A stretch of DNA of 64,000 nt from Actinomycetota bacterium (GTDB lineage Bacteria > Actinomycetota > Acidimicrobiia > Spongiisociales > UBA11373), in the NCBI GenBank assembly GCA_043810615.1, contig JBDROA010000007.1, positions 1,390-65,389 of the forward strand. Direction: 5' to 3'. Below, one piece after another: positions 1 through 10,818 of this stretch. Each line of letters starts with the position of its first letter. The first letter of the stretch is position 1. Under the pieces are notes generated by a model that saw only the letters and a list, made by a program, of their open reading frames with translations, made no database searches and was not told the DNA's origin. Made by a program: the position numbers and the translations under genes.

Positions 1-2140
1 AGCGGGCCCGGCGGTACTCCATGCCGTAGCGCTCCCGGAACCCCTCCACCTGGCCGTGGCCGAACATAGGGAGGCCGGGCAGGGTGCACATCAGGCTGCA
101 CACCCCGAAGTACTTGTCCCCGGTGCCGAACTGGGCGGCGGCGGTCTCCTCGTCGGGGTTGTTCATGAAGTTGACGAAGCGCTTCAGGATCTCCGGGTCG
201 AACTCGAGGACGTTGCGCATCAGTCGGCGGTAGTCGGCGTTGCTCTCCGTCGAGGTCATGTGCATGAAGGCGCTGTTGTAGACCCGGTGCATCCCCAGGG
301 TGCGCACGAAGTAGCCCTCCAGCATCCAGAAGGCCTCGGCCAGGAGCAGAGTGTCGGGGGCCTCGGCGGCCACCCGGTCCACCACTTCCCGCCAGAACTC
401 GTCGGGCATGTGGCGGGCGAATTCCTCGTCGGTCATGCCCTGCGCCGCCCGGGAGGGGATGGCCCCGCCGGTGCCGGGGGCGGGGAACCACAGCCGCTGC
501 ACGTGCCGGCGGGCCAGGGTCCTGGCGGCGTCGAAGCGGATGATGGGGAACTGCCGCGCCACGTGGAGGATGGTGCGGATCACCGCCTCCCGCACCTCGG
601 GGAGCAGGTAGTTCAGTTGGGCGGTGTCGTTCCACGGCATCGAGGTCCCGTCGTTGCCGTGGTAGATGAAGTGCTCCGTCCCGGTGTGGCGGTCGAGGCG
701 GCGGAAAACCACGGCGGCGTCGGTGCCGTCCCAGTAATGGTCCTCGATCTGGATGCCCACCCGGGGGTCGCTTGACAGGTCGGGGCCGGTGAAGGAGTAA
801 CCGGGGTACGGGGGCCGAGGCAGGGAGAGGAACCAATCGGGGTGCTCGACCACCCAGCGCCCGTCGATGCCGACGTGGTTGGGCACCATGTCGCTCGCCA
901 GGCGCAGACCCCGCGCCCAGGCGCGGCGGCGCAGGTCCTCCAGGGCCTCCGGGCCGCCCAGGTCGGCGGCCACCTGGTATTCGAAAAGGGCGTAAGCCGA
1001 GGCCACGGCGTCGGGGTTGCCCCGCAGGTGCTTGAGGCGTCGCGAGGCCTCGCTCCGCTCCCAAACGCCGATCAGCCACAGGCCCGTGAAACCGGCGGCG
1101 GCCAGTGCCTCCAGTTCCTCGTCGGGGATCTGGTCGAGGCGCTGCACCGGGCGGCCGTACCGGCGGGCCAACTGGTCGAGCCACACGTGGGTGCTCTTGG
1201 CGATCAGCACCAGGCGGGGCATCCAGGAGCGATCCTCGCTGAACCGCTCGTACTCCCCCGCCCCCCGCAGCGCGGCGGCGTCGAGCACCGGCGAGGGGCC
1301 GGGCGGCCCGACGGCCCGAAAGGCGCGTTCCTCGGCGAACAGGTCCAGGGTGCGCAGGATCCGCGTCAGCAGCCCGGCGAAGCCGTCCCCCAGCAGCCCG
1401 CCCCAATTCGCCCGGATGTACTCCAGTTGCCCGATCAGCGAAGTGGGGCTCGACCGCATGGGGGCGCGCAGGGTGTCGAACAGCGAAGCCCCTCCCGGGC
1501 CCAACGCCGGCAGCCCGGCGAAGAAGGTCTCCAGGGCGGCGATGGCTTCGGGATACGCGGTGGCCTGCTCCAGGGGAGCGTCGTCGTGCAGGTCGCGGAA
1601 ACGGGTGAAGGCCGGGTTCTCGTTGGCCAGGCGAAGCATGATCAGTTCTTCGAGGGCCAGCGCCGCGTTGGGCAGCCCGCCGGTCCTGCCCGCCAGGTGC
1701 TCGGCGGCGGTGCACTCGGCGCGGAAGACCGCGGTGGACGGAAAGCCGGCGGCGAAGGCGAGCAGCAGGCGCCCGGCCTCGCCGGCGAGGCGCTCCTCCA
1801 GGTGGGCCGCCGCCTCGGCCAGGCCCTTCCCGTCACCAGCGGCGGCCTGCCGGGCGATCAGGTAGCGCAGGACCTCCTGGATGAGAGCGGCGGCGGCCAG
1901 GTCCCCGGCCCACACCGCCTGCTCCGGGAAGCGGGCCGCCTCCCGCACCCGGTTCATGGCCGCCGCCACCTCCTGGGCGGCCTCACCCCCCACGGTGAGC
2001 GGCCCGGTGGCGGCGAAGTAGGCGTCTTCGATCTCGTAACCGGCCCGCGCCTCCGCCGCCACCTGAAAGGCGCGCGCCCCTTCGACGGCGGCGGGGCTCA
2101 GCGCGGCATCATCGGGCCGGGAGTCCTCGGCTCGGGCCAT
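1..2140 (-). CDS. glycoside hydrolase family 13 (alpha-amylase family) protein; the C-terminal part runs off the window start
   Basis: Reverse-strand ATG at 2140 (MARAEDSRPDD...) reads open to position 1. It is absent from the ORF track because there is no in-window stop. GH13 signatures are present: GFTGLWLIGVWE, LASDMVPNHVGIDG (region I), FPIIRFDAAM (region II Asp) and FVNFMNNPDEE (region IV-like). A roughly 300-aa helical N-terminal extension precedes them. Confidence 0.8.
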   Translation of the reverse strand, partial: MARAEDSRPDDAALSPAAVEGARAFQVAAEARAGYEIEDAYFAATGPLTVGGEAAQEVAAAMNRVREAARFPEQAVWAGDLAAAALIQEVLRYLIARQAAAGDGKGLAEAAAHLEERLAGEAGRLLLAFAAGFPSTAVFRAECTAAEHLAGRTGGLPNAALALEELIMLRLANENPAFTRFRDLHDDAPLEQATAYPEAIAALETFFAGLPALGPGGASLFDTLRAPMRSSPTSLIGQLEYIRANWGGLLGDGFAGLLTRILRTLDLFAEERAFRAVGPPGPSPVLDAAALRGAGEYERFSEDRSWMPRLVLIAKSTHVWLDQLARRYGRPVQRLDQIPDEELEALAAAGFTGLWLIGVWERSEASRRLKHLRGNPDAVASAYALFEYQVAADLGGPEALEDLRRRAWARGLRLASDMVPNHVGIDGRWVVEHPDWFLSLPRPPYPGYSFTGPDLSSDPRVGIQIEDHYWDGTDAAVVFRRLDRHTGTEHFIYHGNDGTSMPWNDTAQLNYLLPEVREAVIRTILHVARQFPIIRFDAARTLARRHVQRLWFPAPGTGGAIPSRAAQGMTDEEFARHMPDEFWREVVDRVAAEAPDTLLLAEAFWMLEGYFVRTLGMHRVYNSAFMHMTSTESNADYRRLMRNVLEFDPEILKRFVNFMNNPDEETAAAQFGTGDKYFGVCSLMCTLPGLPMFGHGQVEGFRERYGMEYRRAR

Positions 2141-2190
2141 GGTGGCGTCAGCCTAAACGGGCCGGGCCGGCGAGTCCCCGCAGGCGAACC

Positions 2191-3606
2191 TCAGCCGAGG
2201 CCCGTCCAGAGGCCCATCTGGTACACCAGCGTGGCCAGCACCCAGGCCACGGCCCCCTGCCCCACGGCACCGGCCAGCATCCAGCGGTTCCCTAGTTCGC
2301 TCCGGATGGTGGCCAGCGTGGCGGCACAAGGGGTGTAGAGGAGGACGAAGACCATGAAGGCCAGGGCGGCGAGGGCGCCGTGGCCCCCGCTGCTCGCCTC
2401 GAAGAGGTGGCGCACCGAGTCGAGCAGGGCGGTCCACCCGGCCCCCGTCTCCCCGTTCCCGATGGGGATGCCGACGATCCCGGGCACCGCCTCCAGGGAG
2501 TGCCGGCCGGCTGCCAGAAAGCCCCAGCCGATGTCGCCCAGGTCGGAGAGGAATCCGCCTCCGGCCGCATCATCCGCCGTTCCCTCGTCCACCCCGGTCA
2601 CCTGGGCCAGGGTGCTGACGATGACTTCTTTGGCCACCAGGCCGCCGGCCAGAGCCCCGGCCTGCTCCCAGGTGCCGGCGCCCAGAGGCTGCAGCAGGGG
2701 AGCCGCCAGCCGCCCCGCCCCGGCGAACGCCGAGTCCTCCACCTCGACGGACGCAAAACCCGCCCCGCCCCGCACCGGGATGGCGAGCAGCAGCCAGACG
2801 ACCATGCTGGCGAACAGGATCACCGTCCCGGCGGTCTTGACGAACGAGACGGTCCGGGCCGCCGCCAGCGTCCCCACCCGCCGCAGCCGGGGGCGGCGCA
2901 GGGGGGGCGGTTCCAGGGTGAAGCGGGGACGGGCCGGGGAGCGCAGCAGGGTGCGCGACAGCACCGCACCCACCACCACCGCCACCACGATGCCGCCCAG
3001 GTACAAGGCGAACACCACCGTCCCCTGGTGGCTGCCGAAGAACACCGCCGCCATCAGGACATACACCGGCAGCCGGGCGCCGCAGGACATGAAGGGCACC
3101 AGCAGGCCGGTCAGGATGCGGTCGCGCCGCGACTCCAGCGAGCGGGTGGCCAGCACTGCCGGCACCGTGCAGCCGAACCCCATCACCATGGGGAGGAAGG
3201 CCGCCCCGGGGAGACCCACCACACGCATGACCCCGGTGGTGAACATCCCGGAGCGCATCATGTAGCCCGAGTCCTCCAGCAAGGCGAGAGCCGAGTACAA
3301 GACGAGCAGCACGGGCACGAACGCCAGGACCCCCCCCACCCCGGCCAGGATGCCGTCCACCACCAGGCTCTCCACCCACCCGCCGCCGACGCCCACCAGG
3401 CCCAGGAGGGAAACGCACCACCGCGCCACCGGGCCGCTCACCACCTCGCTCACCCACCCCACGTAGGGGGTGGCCACATCGGTGACCAGGCGGAACATGA
3501 CCCACACCACCGCCAGGAACAGCGGCAGGCCGAGGATGCGGTGGGTGAGCAGGCGCCCCAGACGGCCCGTCCTCTCGCTGTGAGTCCGCGCCCCGATGAC
3601 CTTCAT
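2191..3606 (-). CDS. FeoB-like integral membrane protein (Gate/nucleoside-recognition type C-terminal domain), without the N-terminal GTPase domain
   Basis: Translation from internal ATG 3606 (MKVIGARTHSERTGRLGRLLTHRILGLPLFLAVVWVMF...) gives a polytopic membrane protein with FeoB C-terminal-like repeats. The ATG overlaps the TGA of the upstream regulator (ATGA). The ORF-track N-terminal extension to 3831 is Gly/Arg/Pro-rich junk and overlaps the regulator gene. Confidence 0.7.
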   Translation of the reverse strand: MKVIGARTHSERTGRLGRLLTHRILGLPLFLAVVWVMFRLVTDVATPYVGWVSEVVSGPVARWCVSLLGLVGVGGGWVESLVVDGILAGVGGVLAFVPVLLVLYSALALLEDSGYMMRSGMFTTGVMRVVGLPGAAFLPMVMGFGCTVPAVLATRSLESRRDRILTGLLVPFMSCGARLPVYVLMAAVFFGSHQGTVVFALYLGGIVVAVVVGAVLSRTLLRSPARPRFTLEPPPLRRPRLRRVGTLAAARTVSFVKTAGTVILFASMVVWLLLAIPVRGGAGFASVEVEDSAFAGAGRLAAPLLQPLGAGTWEQAGALAGGLVAKEVIVSTLAQVTGVDEGTADDAAGGGFLSDLGDIGWGFLAAGRHSLEAVPGIVGIPIGNGETGAGWTALLDSVRHLFEASSGGHGALAALAFMVFVLLYTPCAATLATIRSELGNRWMLAGAVGQGAVAWVLATLVYQMGLWTGLG

Positions 3607-4088
3607 GGACGCGCCCGGCCCCGGGAGGCCGCGGCGTGCGACGAGGGCGGGATGGACTGCCCCAGCGGACCCACCGCCGGGTCGCCCAGGAATTGCCCGA
3701 GGCGGTCGGCGGCCTCGGGCGGGGTGACGTGCTCCAATCCGCAGGCGAGGGCGTCCGCTTCCTCCGGGGCGAAGCCCAGGTGCCGCACCAAGAAGGCGGC
3801 CCACAGGCGACGGCCCCGCAGCACCCGCCACGCCGCCTGCCGCCCGGCCGCCGTCAGGGAGACACCGTGGTAGGGGTGGTACTCCACCAGACCCCGCTCC
3901 CCCAGGCGGCGCACCATCTGGTTGGCCGACACCGGCGAGATCGCCAGCGCCTGGGCCAGGTCGGCCAGGGGCAGAGGCGAGGGACGGCCCTCCTCCTCGG
4001 CCACCGCCACGGTCATGAGGTACATCTCCTCGCTGGGGGTGGTGCTCGCCTCGGCGCTCGCGCTCCCCGACCCGGAATCTTTAGGCAT
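3603..4088 (-). CDS. DtxR/MntR-family metal-dependent transcriptional repressor
   Basis: 161 aa. The DtxR-type winged-HTH region reads ...LADLAQALAISPVSANQMVRRLGERGLVEYHPYHGVSLTAAGRQAAWRVLRGRRLWAAFLVRHLGF... It sits 5' of, and is translationally coupled to, the FeoB-like gene. Confidence 0.85.
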   Translation of the reverse strand: MPKDSGSGSASAEASTTPSEEMYLMTVAVAEEEGRPSPLPLADLAQALAISPVSANQMVRRLGERGLVEYHPYHGVSLTAAGRQAAWRVLRGRRLWAAFLVRHLGFAPEEADALACGLEHVTPPEAADRLGQFLGDPAVGPLGQSIPPSSHAAASRGRARP

Positions 4089-4097
4089 CCCTAAAGA
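4078..4097. promoter_or_regulatory. 20-bp palindrome TCTTTAGG-CATC-CCTAAAGA overlapping the DtxR-family start codon; putative iron/manganese box operator
   Basis: Perfect 8-bp inverted arms read directly at 4078-4085 and 4090-4097. The spacer contains the CAT (ATG on the minus strand) of the regulator. TTAGG/CCTAA half-sites resemble DtxR/IdeR boxes. A second cctttaggg copy lies about 25 bp downstream (around 4118-4126). Confidence 0.5.
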
Positions 4098-4309
4098 TTA
4101 TCGGGGCGCCGCGCCTGCCTTTAGGGCCGAACGTCCCGGGTTGGGCGGTCGGCGCCCGGGCGACCCTCATGTGGCGCCCATGGGCGAGCCACCGGAGGCA
4201 GGATGGTCGACCTCAGCGGCGTCGGCATCACCAACGTCGCCAACGTGTACCGCAACGGTGACCGCGGCCGGGCCGCGCCCCGACTGAGAGGGCGCAACCG
4301 GGATCCGGT

Positions 4310-5485
4310 TCAGTGGGTGAGCACCCGGCGCAGCCGCCAGGTGGCCACCACCAGGAAGCAGGCGGCAAAGGCGGCCAGCACCCCCAGCTGCGGGAGGATG
4401 TCGAGCAGGCTGCCGTCCCGGCGTACGAGCTCGGCGAAGGCATCGATGGCCCAGGCGTGCGGGGTGAAGCGGGCGATGGCCTGCATAGTGTCGGGGAAGA
4501 GCTCGATGGGAACCATGGCCCCCCCTACCGCTGCCAGCCCCAGCCCCAGCAACACGCCCAGGCCTCCGGCCTGCTGCTCGTTGCGGAAGAGGGCCCCGGA
4601 GAGCATCGCCGCCCCGGACCCCACCAGGGCGAACATCACCACCACCGCAATCGCCCCCAGCGGATCGCCCCAGTTGACCCCGAAGACGAGCAGGGTCCCC
4701 ACCATGATGTAGACGCCCTGCACCATGGCCACCCCGAACCGGCCGGCCACCTCCCCGCCCAGGATGACCCCGGAGGAGGTGGGGGTGGAGAGCATGCGCC
4801 GCGCCACCCCCAGGCGGCGGGTGAGGATCAGGTCGGCGGCCCCGGCCAGCGAGGTGAGGAACATGAATAGCGCCAACTGGGAGCCGGCCCCCAGGTCGAA
4901 AGCGCCCAGGTTCTCGAAGTCTTCGAATACCGAGTCCCCGGCCTGGCGGTAAGTCACGGTGATGCTCGGCTCCCGAGCCGCCAGCGCCTGGGCCACCGCC
5001 AGGGCGTCGGCGAAGGAGGCCACCCCCTTTCCCGCCGCGAAGCGGGCCGCCCGGATCGGCCGGGCCTGTGCCCCCACGACGTCGGCCACCGTCTCGCGGG
5101 CGAGCATCCCGTTTTCGTCGTCGCGGCAGGCCACGAAACCCACCTCCACCGACCCGCCACCCGTGAGGGCGGCGTCGTAGCCCTCCGGGACCAGCACCCC
5201 GGCGTTCACCTGGCCCCGTTGGACTGCCTCGGTGAGCGCCTCCGGCGAGTCGTAGCGGACCACGCTGATGTCGTCGAGGCCGTCGAGGCCGCTCACCAGG
5301 GCCGAAGCCAGCGGGCCCTCGTCACCGGCGACGTGCACTCCCACCCGGGCGTCGAAGCCGCCGCCGAACATCATCCCCAGGAGCAGGATGATGAACAACG
5401 GGAAGACGAAGACGAAGAAGATGTTGGTCCGCTGGCGCAGCATCCGCACCGTGTTCACCCACCCGATGGCGAGCACCTTCTTCAC
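4310..5485 (-). CDS. ABC-2 type transporter permease
   Basis: GTG start at 5485 (VKKVLAIGWVNTVRMLRQRTNIFFVFVFPLFIILL...) overlapping the stop of the upstream permease (GTGA). About 390 aa with six TM-rich C-terminal half, typical of ABC-2 exporter permeases. The upstream part of the ORF-track ORF (to 6598) is RG-rich junk. Confidence 0.8.
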   Translation of the reverse strand: MKKVLAIGWVNTVRMLRQRTNIFFVFVFPLFIILLLGMMFGGGFDARVGVHVAGDEGPLASALVSGLDGLDDISVVRYDSPEALTEAVQRGQVNAGVLVPEGYDAALTGGGSVEVGFVACRDDENGMLARETVADVVGAQARPIRAARFAAGKGVASFADALAVAQALAAREPSITVTYRQAGDSVFEDFENLGAFDLGAGSQLALFMFLTSLAGAADLILTRRLGVARRMLSTPTSSGVILGGEVAGRFGVAMVQGVYIMVGTLLVFGVNWGDPLGAIAVVVMFALVGSGAAMLSGALFRNEQQAGGLGVLLGLGLAAVGGAMVPIELFPDTMQAIARFTPHAWAIDAFAELVRRDGSLLDILPQLGVLAAFAACFLVVATWRLRRVLTH

Positions 5486-6663
5486 GGCGCCAGCACCTTC
5501 GCCATGCGGAGCTGGGCCAGGCCCCCGGTGACCAGACCGAAAAGCGCCACGTAGAGGGCGGCGGGGAACACCGCGCTCACGCCGCCTCCGGCGGCGAGAT
5601 CCCCCAGGCCCCGCAGGAACCAGGCGTGCGGGGTGATCAGGCTGAGCTTCCCGATGAAGCCCCCCATCTGCGAGACGGGGAAGAACGACCCGCCGAGCAT
5701 GGCGAGCACGAAGCCGATGACCACCTGAAGGTTGCCCGCCTGCTCGGCGGTGCGGGCGAAGGCGGCCACCACGAACATCACCCCCATGGCGGCGATCACC
5801 CCGGCCAGGACCATGACCGCCACCCCGAGGGAGTTGCCCCACGAGGCGCCCAGCAGCACCGTCGTGCCCACGGCGAGCACCGCCATGCTCACGACCCCCA
5901 GGACGAAGGAAGTGAGGGCCTTGCCGGCCACGATGGAGCGGCGCGAGATGGGGGCGGCGAGCAGGCGGCCCAGGGTCCCGTTCTCCCGCTCCTCGAGGAG
6001 GCCGAGGACGCCGAACTGCACGGTGAGAAAGAGGAAGAGGATGCCCATGGCCGCCGAGTAGTAGGTGCCCGAGGACAGCTCCTTCGAGTTCTTCGTGTCC
6101 TCCACCAGGCCGAGGGGGTCGGGCACCGCCCTGGCGTCGGCCACGAGAGCCTCGGCCTCGCCCGCCTCGGGCGAGCGCCCGAGCGCGGTGAAGTAGGTCC
6201 CCAGCGACACCCCCACACCGTTGATCTCGCCCACGAACTTCCCGGCCACCGACCGGGCCACCTGGCCGGCGATGGGGCTGTTCACGTTGGCCACCACCTC
6301 GATGGCCGTGGTGCCGCCTCCCTCGGCGGCGGCGCTGAAACCCGCCGGGATGACGAAGGCGGCGTCGACCTTGCCGTCGGCGGCCATCTGCCGGACGAGC
6401 TCGGCCGAGGCCACTTCCTCGACGGCGAACACCCCCCTCTCGCCGAGCGGGGCCAGCACCTGGTCGACGAAGAGGCGCGCCGTCGGCCCGCCATCGTCGT
6501 CGGCCACGCCGAAGCTCACGTTCAGGGCGTTGTCGGCGATACCGGAGAAGAGCAGGCTGAAGATGGCCGCCAGCCCCAGGGGGGCCACGATCCCCCACAG
6601 GTAGGCGCTGCGGTCGCGCAACCGCTGACGCAGATCCTTGAGGGCGATCCGCAGCGCAGCCAT
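5482..6663 (-). CDS. ABC-2 type transporter permease
   Basis: 393 aa, MAALRIALKDLRQRLRDRSAYLWGIVAPLGLAAIFSLLF...; paralog of the downstream permease. Its start overlaps the ATPase stop. Confidence 0.85.
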   Translation of the reverse strand: MAALRIALKDLRQRLRDRSAYLWGIVAPLGLAAIFSLLFSGIADNALNVSFGVADDDGGPTARLFVDQVLAPLGERGVFAVEEVASAELVRQMAADGKVDAAFVIPAGFSAAAEGGGTTAIEVVANVNSPIAGQVARSVAGKFVGEINGVGVSLGTYFTALGRSPEAGEAEALVADARAVPDPLGLVEDTKNSKELSSGTYYSAAMGILFLFLTVQFGVLGLLEERENGTLGRLLAAPISRRSIVAGKALTSFVLGVVSMAVLAVGTTVLLGASWGNSLGVAVMVLAGVIAAMGVMFVVAAFARTAEQAGNLQVVIGFVLAMLGGSFFPVSQMGGFIGKLSLITPHAWFLRGLGDLAAGGGVSAVFPAALYVALFGLVTGGLAQLRMAKVLAP

Positions 6664-6665
6664 GG

Positions 6666-7655
6666 CTACTCGCGCAGCGCCTTGCCGGTCAGGTGGAGGA
6701 ACACCGCCTCGAGATTGGGCTCGTCCACCTCGACGGAGTGGATCGACACCCCGGCCCCAGTGGCGGCGCCCAGGATGGCGGTCAGGGCCCGGTCGGCGCC
6801 GTCGACGATGAGGTCGATGCGCTCCTCGCCGGCGGTGACCCCTTCGACGCCGGGCACCGCCCGCAGTGCCTCCAGCGCGCCCAAGAGGTGCCCGGAGGCG
6901 GTGAGCCGCACCTTGTCCCGCTCCCCCACCAGGCGGACCAGTTCCGCCCGGGTGCCCTCGGCCTTGATCTCGCCCTCGTCGATGATGCCCACCCGGTCGC
7001 AGAGACGCTCCGCCTCCTCCATGTAGTGAGTGGTGTACAGCACCGCCATCCCCTCGGCACTCAACTGCTCCACACTCTCCAGAATGGCATTGCGGCTCTG
7101 CGGGTCCACCCCCACGGTGGGTTCGTCGAGCATGAGCAGGCGGGGCTTGTGGAGCAGGCCGATTCCGATGTTCAGGCGGCGCTTCATGCCCCCGGAGAAC
7201 TCACCGGAGCGGTCCTTGGCCCGCTCCTTGAGGCCGATGGTCTCGAGGACCTCATCGACCCGGGCGGAAAGCTCCCGGCCCGCCAGGCCGTACAGGTGCC
7301 CGAAGAACACCAGGTTCTCCCGGGCGCTGAGGTCGGGGTAGATGGCGATGTCCTGGGGGACGTAGCCGATGGCCGCCTTGGCGTCGGTGGAGGTGATGCG
7401 GATCTCCCGCCCGTCCACCAGCACCTCCCCGGCGTCGCTCTCCAGCAGGCCGATGGCCATGGAGATGGTGGTCGTCTTGCCGGCGCCGTTGGGGCCGAGC
7501 AGGCCGTAGGTCTCTCCTTCGGCGATGTGGAAGGAGACGTCCTTGACGGCGACCAGATCCTTGAAGGCTTTGCGCAAGCCCCGCGCCTCGAGCACCAGGC
7601 GGCGTTCCAAAGGCGGTCCTCCTGTGGTCGGGGCGAAACATAGCGGTTGGAGCAC
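6666..7655 (-). CDS. ABC transporter ATP-binding protein
   Basis: Walker A GLLGPNGAGKTT, signature FSGGMKRRL, Walker B LLMLDEPT. The C-terminal extension is typical of ABC-2 exporter ATPases. The start may lie a little downstream of 7655. Confidence 0.9.
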   Translation of the reverse strand: MLQPLCFAPTTGGPPLERRLVLEARGLRKAFKDLVAVKDVSFHIAEGETYGLLGPNGAGKTTTISMAIGLLESDAGEVLVDGREIRITSTDAKAAIGYVPQDIAIYPDLSARENLVFFGHLYGLAGRELSARVDEVLETIGLKERAKDRSGEFSGGMKRRLNIGIGLLHKPRLLMLDEPTVGVDPQSRNAILESVEQLSAEGMAVLYTTHYMEEAERLCDRVGIIDEGEIKAEGTRAELVRLVGERDKVRLTASGHLLGALEALRAVPGVEGVTAGEERIDLIVDGADRALTAILGAATGAGVSIHSVEVDEPNLEAVFLHLTGKALRE

Positions 7656-7735
7656 CGCCGGGCGGCGGTATCCGGCCGCAAGGTTCCCGACCCGCCTCTA
7701 TGCTGCCCGGGCCGATCGGGCAGGAGGCAGTCAGG

Positions 7736-8694
<959 letters not shown>

Positions 8695-8698
<4 letters not shown>

Positions 8699-9480
8699 CG
8701 GTCCTCGCCGCCCCACCGGGCACGACGCTGCGCTCCGGGCCGAGGTACTGGTGGGACTCCTACCGGATGATGCTCCGCTGGGAGATGACCTCCCTGCGAA
8801 TGGTCCTCGTGATCGCGGTCATCGTGCAGATCCTCACCGGCGCCGGCTTCGTCTTGGCCCTGGGCCTGTTCTTCGGACAGGTGCCGCCCCGGGCCGCCCT
8901 GTTCGTCTCCACCGGGGTGCTGGTGGTCACCCTGGTCACCATCGGCCTGGTGCTGGGGCCGCAACTGGTCGCCATGCAGAAGGCGGAGAAGACCTACGAC
9001 TTCCTATGGTCGCTGCCCGTGCCCCGCACCACTGCCGCCCTGGCCTGGGTCACCACCAACCTCGTCCTGGGCCTCCCCGGCATGGCCGTCGCCCTGGGAG
9101 TGGCCCTGCTCCGCTACGACCTCGACCTGCACGTCTCCTGGGCGATAGTGCCGGCGGTGCTCCTCACTCTGTTCACCGGGACCATGGTCGGCTACGCCCT
9201 GGCCCACGCCCTGGGCAACCCGATGCTGATCGCCGCCATCACCCAGATGCTGATCTTCGTGATCATCGGCTTCTCCCCCATCAACTTCCCCGCCGACCAG
9301 TTGCCCGGGTGGCTCGCCGCCGCGCACCGCTGGCTCCCCCTGGCCCCCATGGCCGACACGGTGCGGGCCGGGCTCACCCGGGGGGTAGTGGAAGACGTGG
9401 CCCGCTCCTACCTGGTGCTGGGCGCCTGGGCCGCCGCCTCGATCGGTATCAGCGCCGCCGTTCTGGGAAGAAGGGGCTGA
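8695..9480 (+). CDS. ABC-2 type transporter permease
   Basis: GTG start overlapping the ATPase stop (GTGA). 261-aa polytopic membrane protein. Confidence 0.85.
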
Positions 9481-9481
9481 G

Positions 9482-10258
9482 GTGACTGCCCATTCCCCCC
9501 CGGCCCTGCGCCACGGCGCCGTCTACTGGCTGGCGGGGTATCGAGGCATGCTCCGCTTCGACCTCGCCTCGGCGCGCGAGTGGCTCGCCCCCTTCATCCT
9601 GGTCCAGGTCCTCATGGGCGCCGGCATGGCCATCATCTACGGCTTCTATCTGGGCGACATGCCCGTCCCGGTGGCCACCTTCGTGGCCACCGGGGCCCCC
9701 ACCCTGGCGGTGATCCCCCTCGGCATGGCCCTGGCCCCCAGCCTGATCGCCGGGCGCAGGATCGAAGGGACCTACGACTTCATGTGGTCGCTGCCGGTGC
9801 CCCGCCTGACCGCCGCCCTCTCCTCGTACACCCTGTTCACCGTGCTGGCCGCCCCCGGCTTCGCCGCCGCCCTGGGCATCGCCGCCTGGCGCTACCACCT
9901 CGACCTGCACCTCACCGCCTGGGTGGTGCCGGCGGTGGTGCTGTCGTCGCTCATGGCGGCCTCGGTGGGCTTCGCCGTGGGTCACGCGGTGGCGAACCCG
10001 GCCCTCATCAACGTGGTCACCAACCTGGTCATCTTCGTGGTGCTGATGTTCTCCCCCATCGCCTTCCCCATAGAGAACTTCCCGGGGTGGCTGGCGGCGG
10101 CGCACCGGGTGCTCCCCTTCTGGCACATGGCCAACGTGATTCGGGCCTCGCTGACCCAGGGCCTGGTCACCACAGTGGGAGTCTCCTACCTGGTCCTGGG
10201 GGCGTGGACGGCCGGCGCCTGGCTGCTGGCCGCCTGGGCGGTGGGGCGGAGACGTTGA
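9482..10258 (+). CDS. ABC-2 type transporter permease (paralog of 8695..9480)
   Basis: GTG at 9482 directly after the previous stop. 258 aa and clearly homologous to the preceding permease (shared ...EGTYDFMWSLPVPR... and ...FPGWLAAAHR.LP... blocks). Confidence 0.85.
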   Translation: MTAHSPPALRHGAVYWLAGYRGMLRFDLASAREWLAPFILVQVLMGAGMAIIYGFYLGDMPVPVATFVATGAPTLAVIPLGMALAPSLIAGRRIEGTYDFMWSLPVPRLTAALSSYTLFTVLAAPGFAAALGIAAWRYHLDLHLTAWVVPAVVLSSLMAASVGFAVGHAVANPALINVVTNLVIFVVLMFSPIAFPIENFPGWLAAAHRVLPFWHMANVIRASLTQGLVTTVGVSYLVLGAWTAGAWLLAAWAVGRRR

Positions 10259-10480
10259 GGGCCCCCTCTCCCGCGGCGGCGGGCGAGGGCGTGGGGTGAG
10301 GGCTTGCGCAGTCCCCCACGGCAGCGGCAGAGTCGGCGGGAAAACACCAGAAGGGCGGTGGAGACAGGTCGCGTTTGCCCTCATCACTCGGCAGCCGCAT
10401 CCCGAGCTCGATTCCGACCGGATCACGGTTGCCGTCTCGCGTCTCTCTCCCATTCGCGGGAGAGGCAGGAAGTGGCTCCC

Positions 10481-10696
10481 CTACCCCCCACCCTCGGCCT
10501 CGCCGGCAGCCACGATGCTCAGACGCACCACAGCTCCCAACTCGGGGCCGTGCGGGGTGCCGCCGCCGTAGTCGATCTCCACGGCGAAGCCGCCGAGGGC
10601 GGCGGGGATGCCGGCGGCGCGCAAGACCGCCACCCCGCCGGTGGCCCCCTCCGCCGCCGCCCGAATCAGCTCACGGATCTCGCTGGTATCGCTCAC
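10481..10696 (-). CDS. hypothetical small Gly/Ala-rich protein
   Basis: GTG at 10696 with an AGGAAGGGAG RBS-like run 5 nt upstream. The 71-aa product is VSDTSEIRELIRAAAEGATGGVAVLRAAGIPAALGGFAVEIDYGGG... No family recognised. Confidence 0.3.
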   Translation of the reverse strand: MSDTSEIRELIRAAAEGATGGVAVLRAAGIPAALGGFAVEIDYGGGTPHGPELGAVVRLSIVAAGEAEGGG

Positions 10697-10818
10697 GGTG
10701 ACTCCCTTCCTCCTGGTCGCGGGGCGGAGCCTGGCTCGGGCCTGTCTCAGGAGTGTGCCAATCCCCCGCCCCGGCACACCCGGCCTTGCGCTCACCGGCA
10801 GGCTGCCGGGTAGCGTCC

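Noticed and set aside
842-2338. Long plus-strand ORFs over the first 4 kb (56..775, 842..2338, 1017..1865, 2380..3873)
   Set aside because: Gly/Arg/Pro/His-rich low-complexity translations antisense to clearly homologous minus-strand genes (GH13, FeoB-like). These are typical high-GC six-frame artefacts.
3607-3831. N-terminal 75 codons of the 546-aa FeoB-like ORF
   Set aside because: They overlap the DtxR-family gene on the same strand in another frame and are Gly/Arg/Pro junk. The internal ATG 3606 is coupled to the regulator stop.
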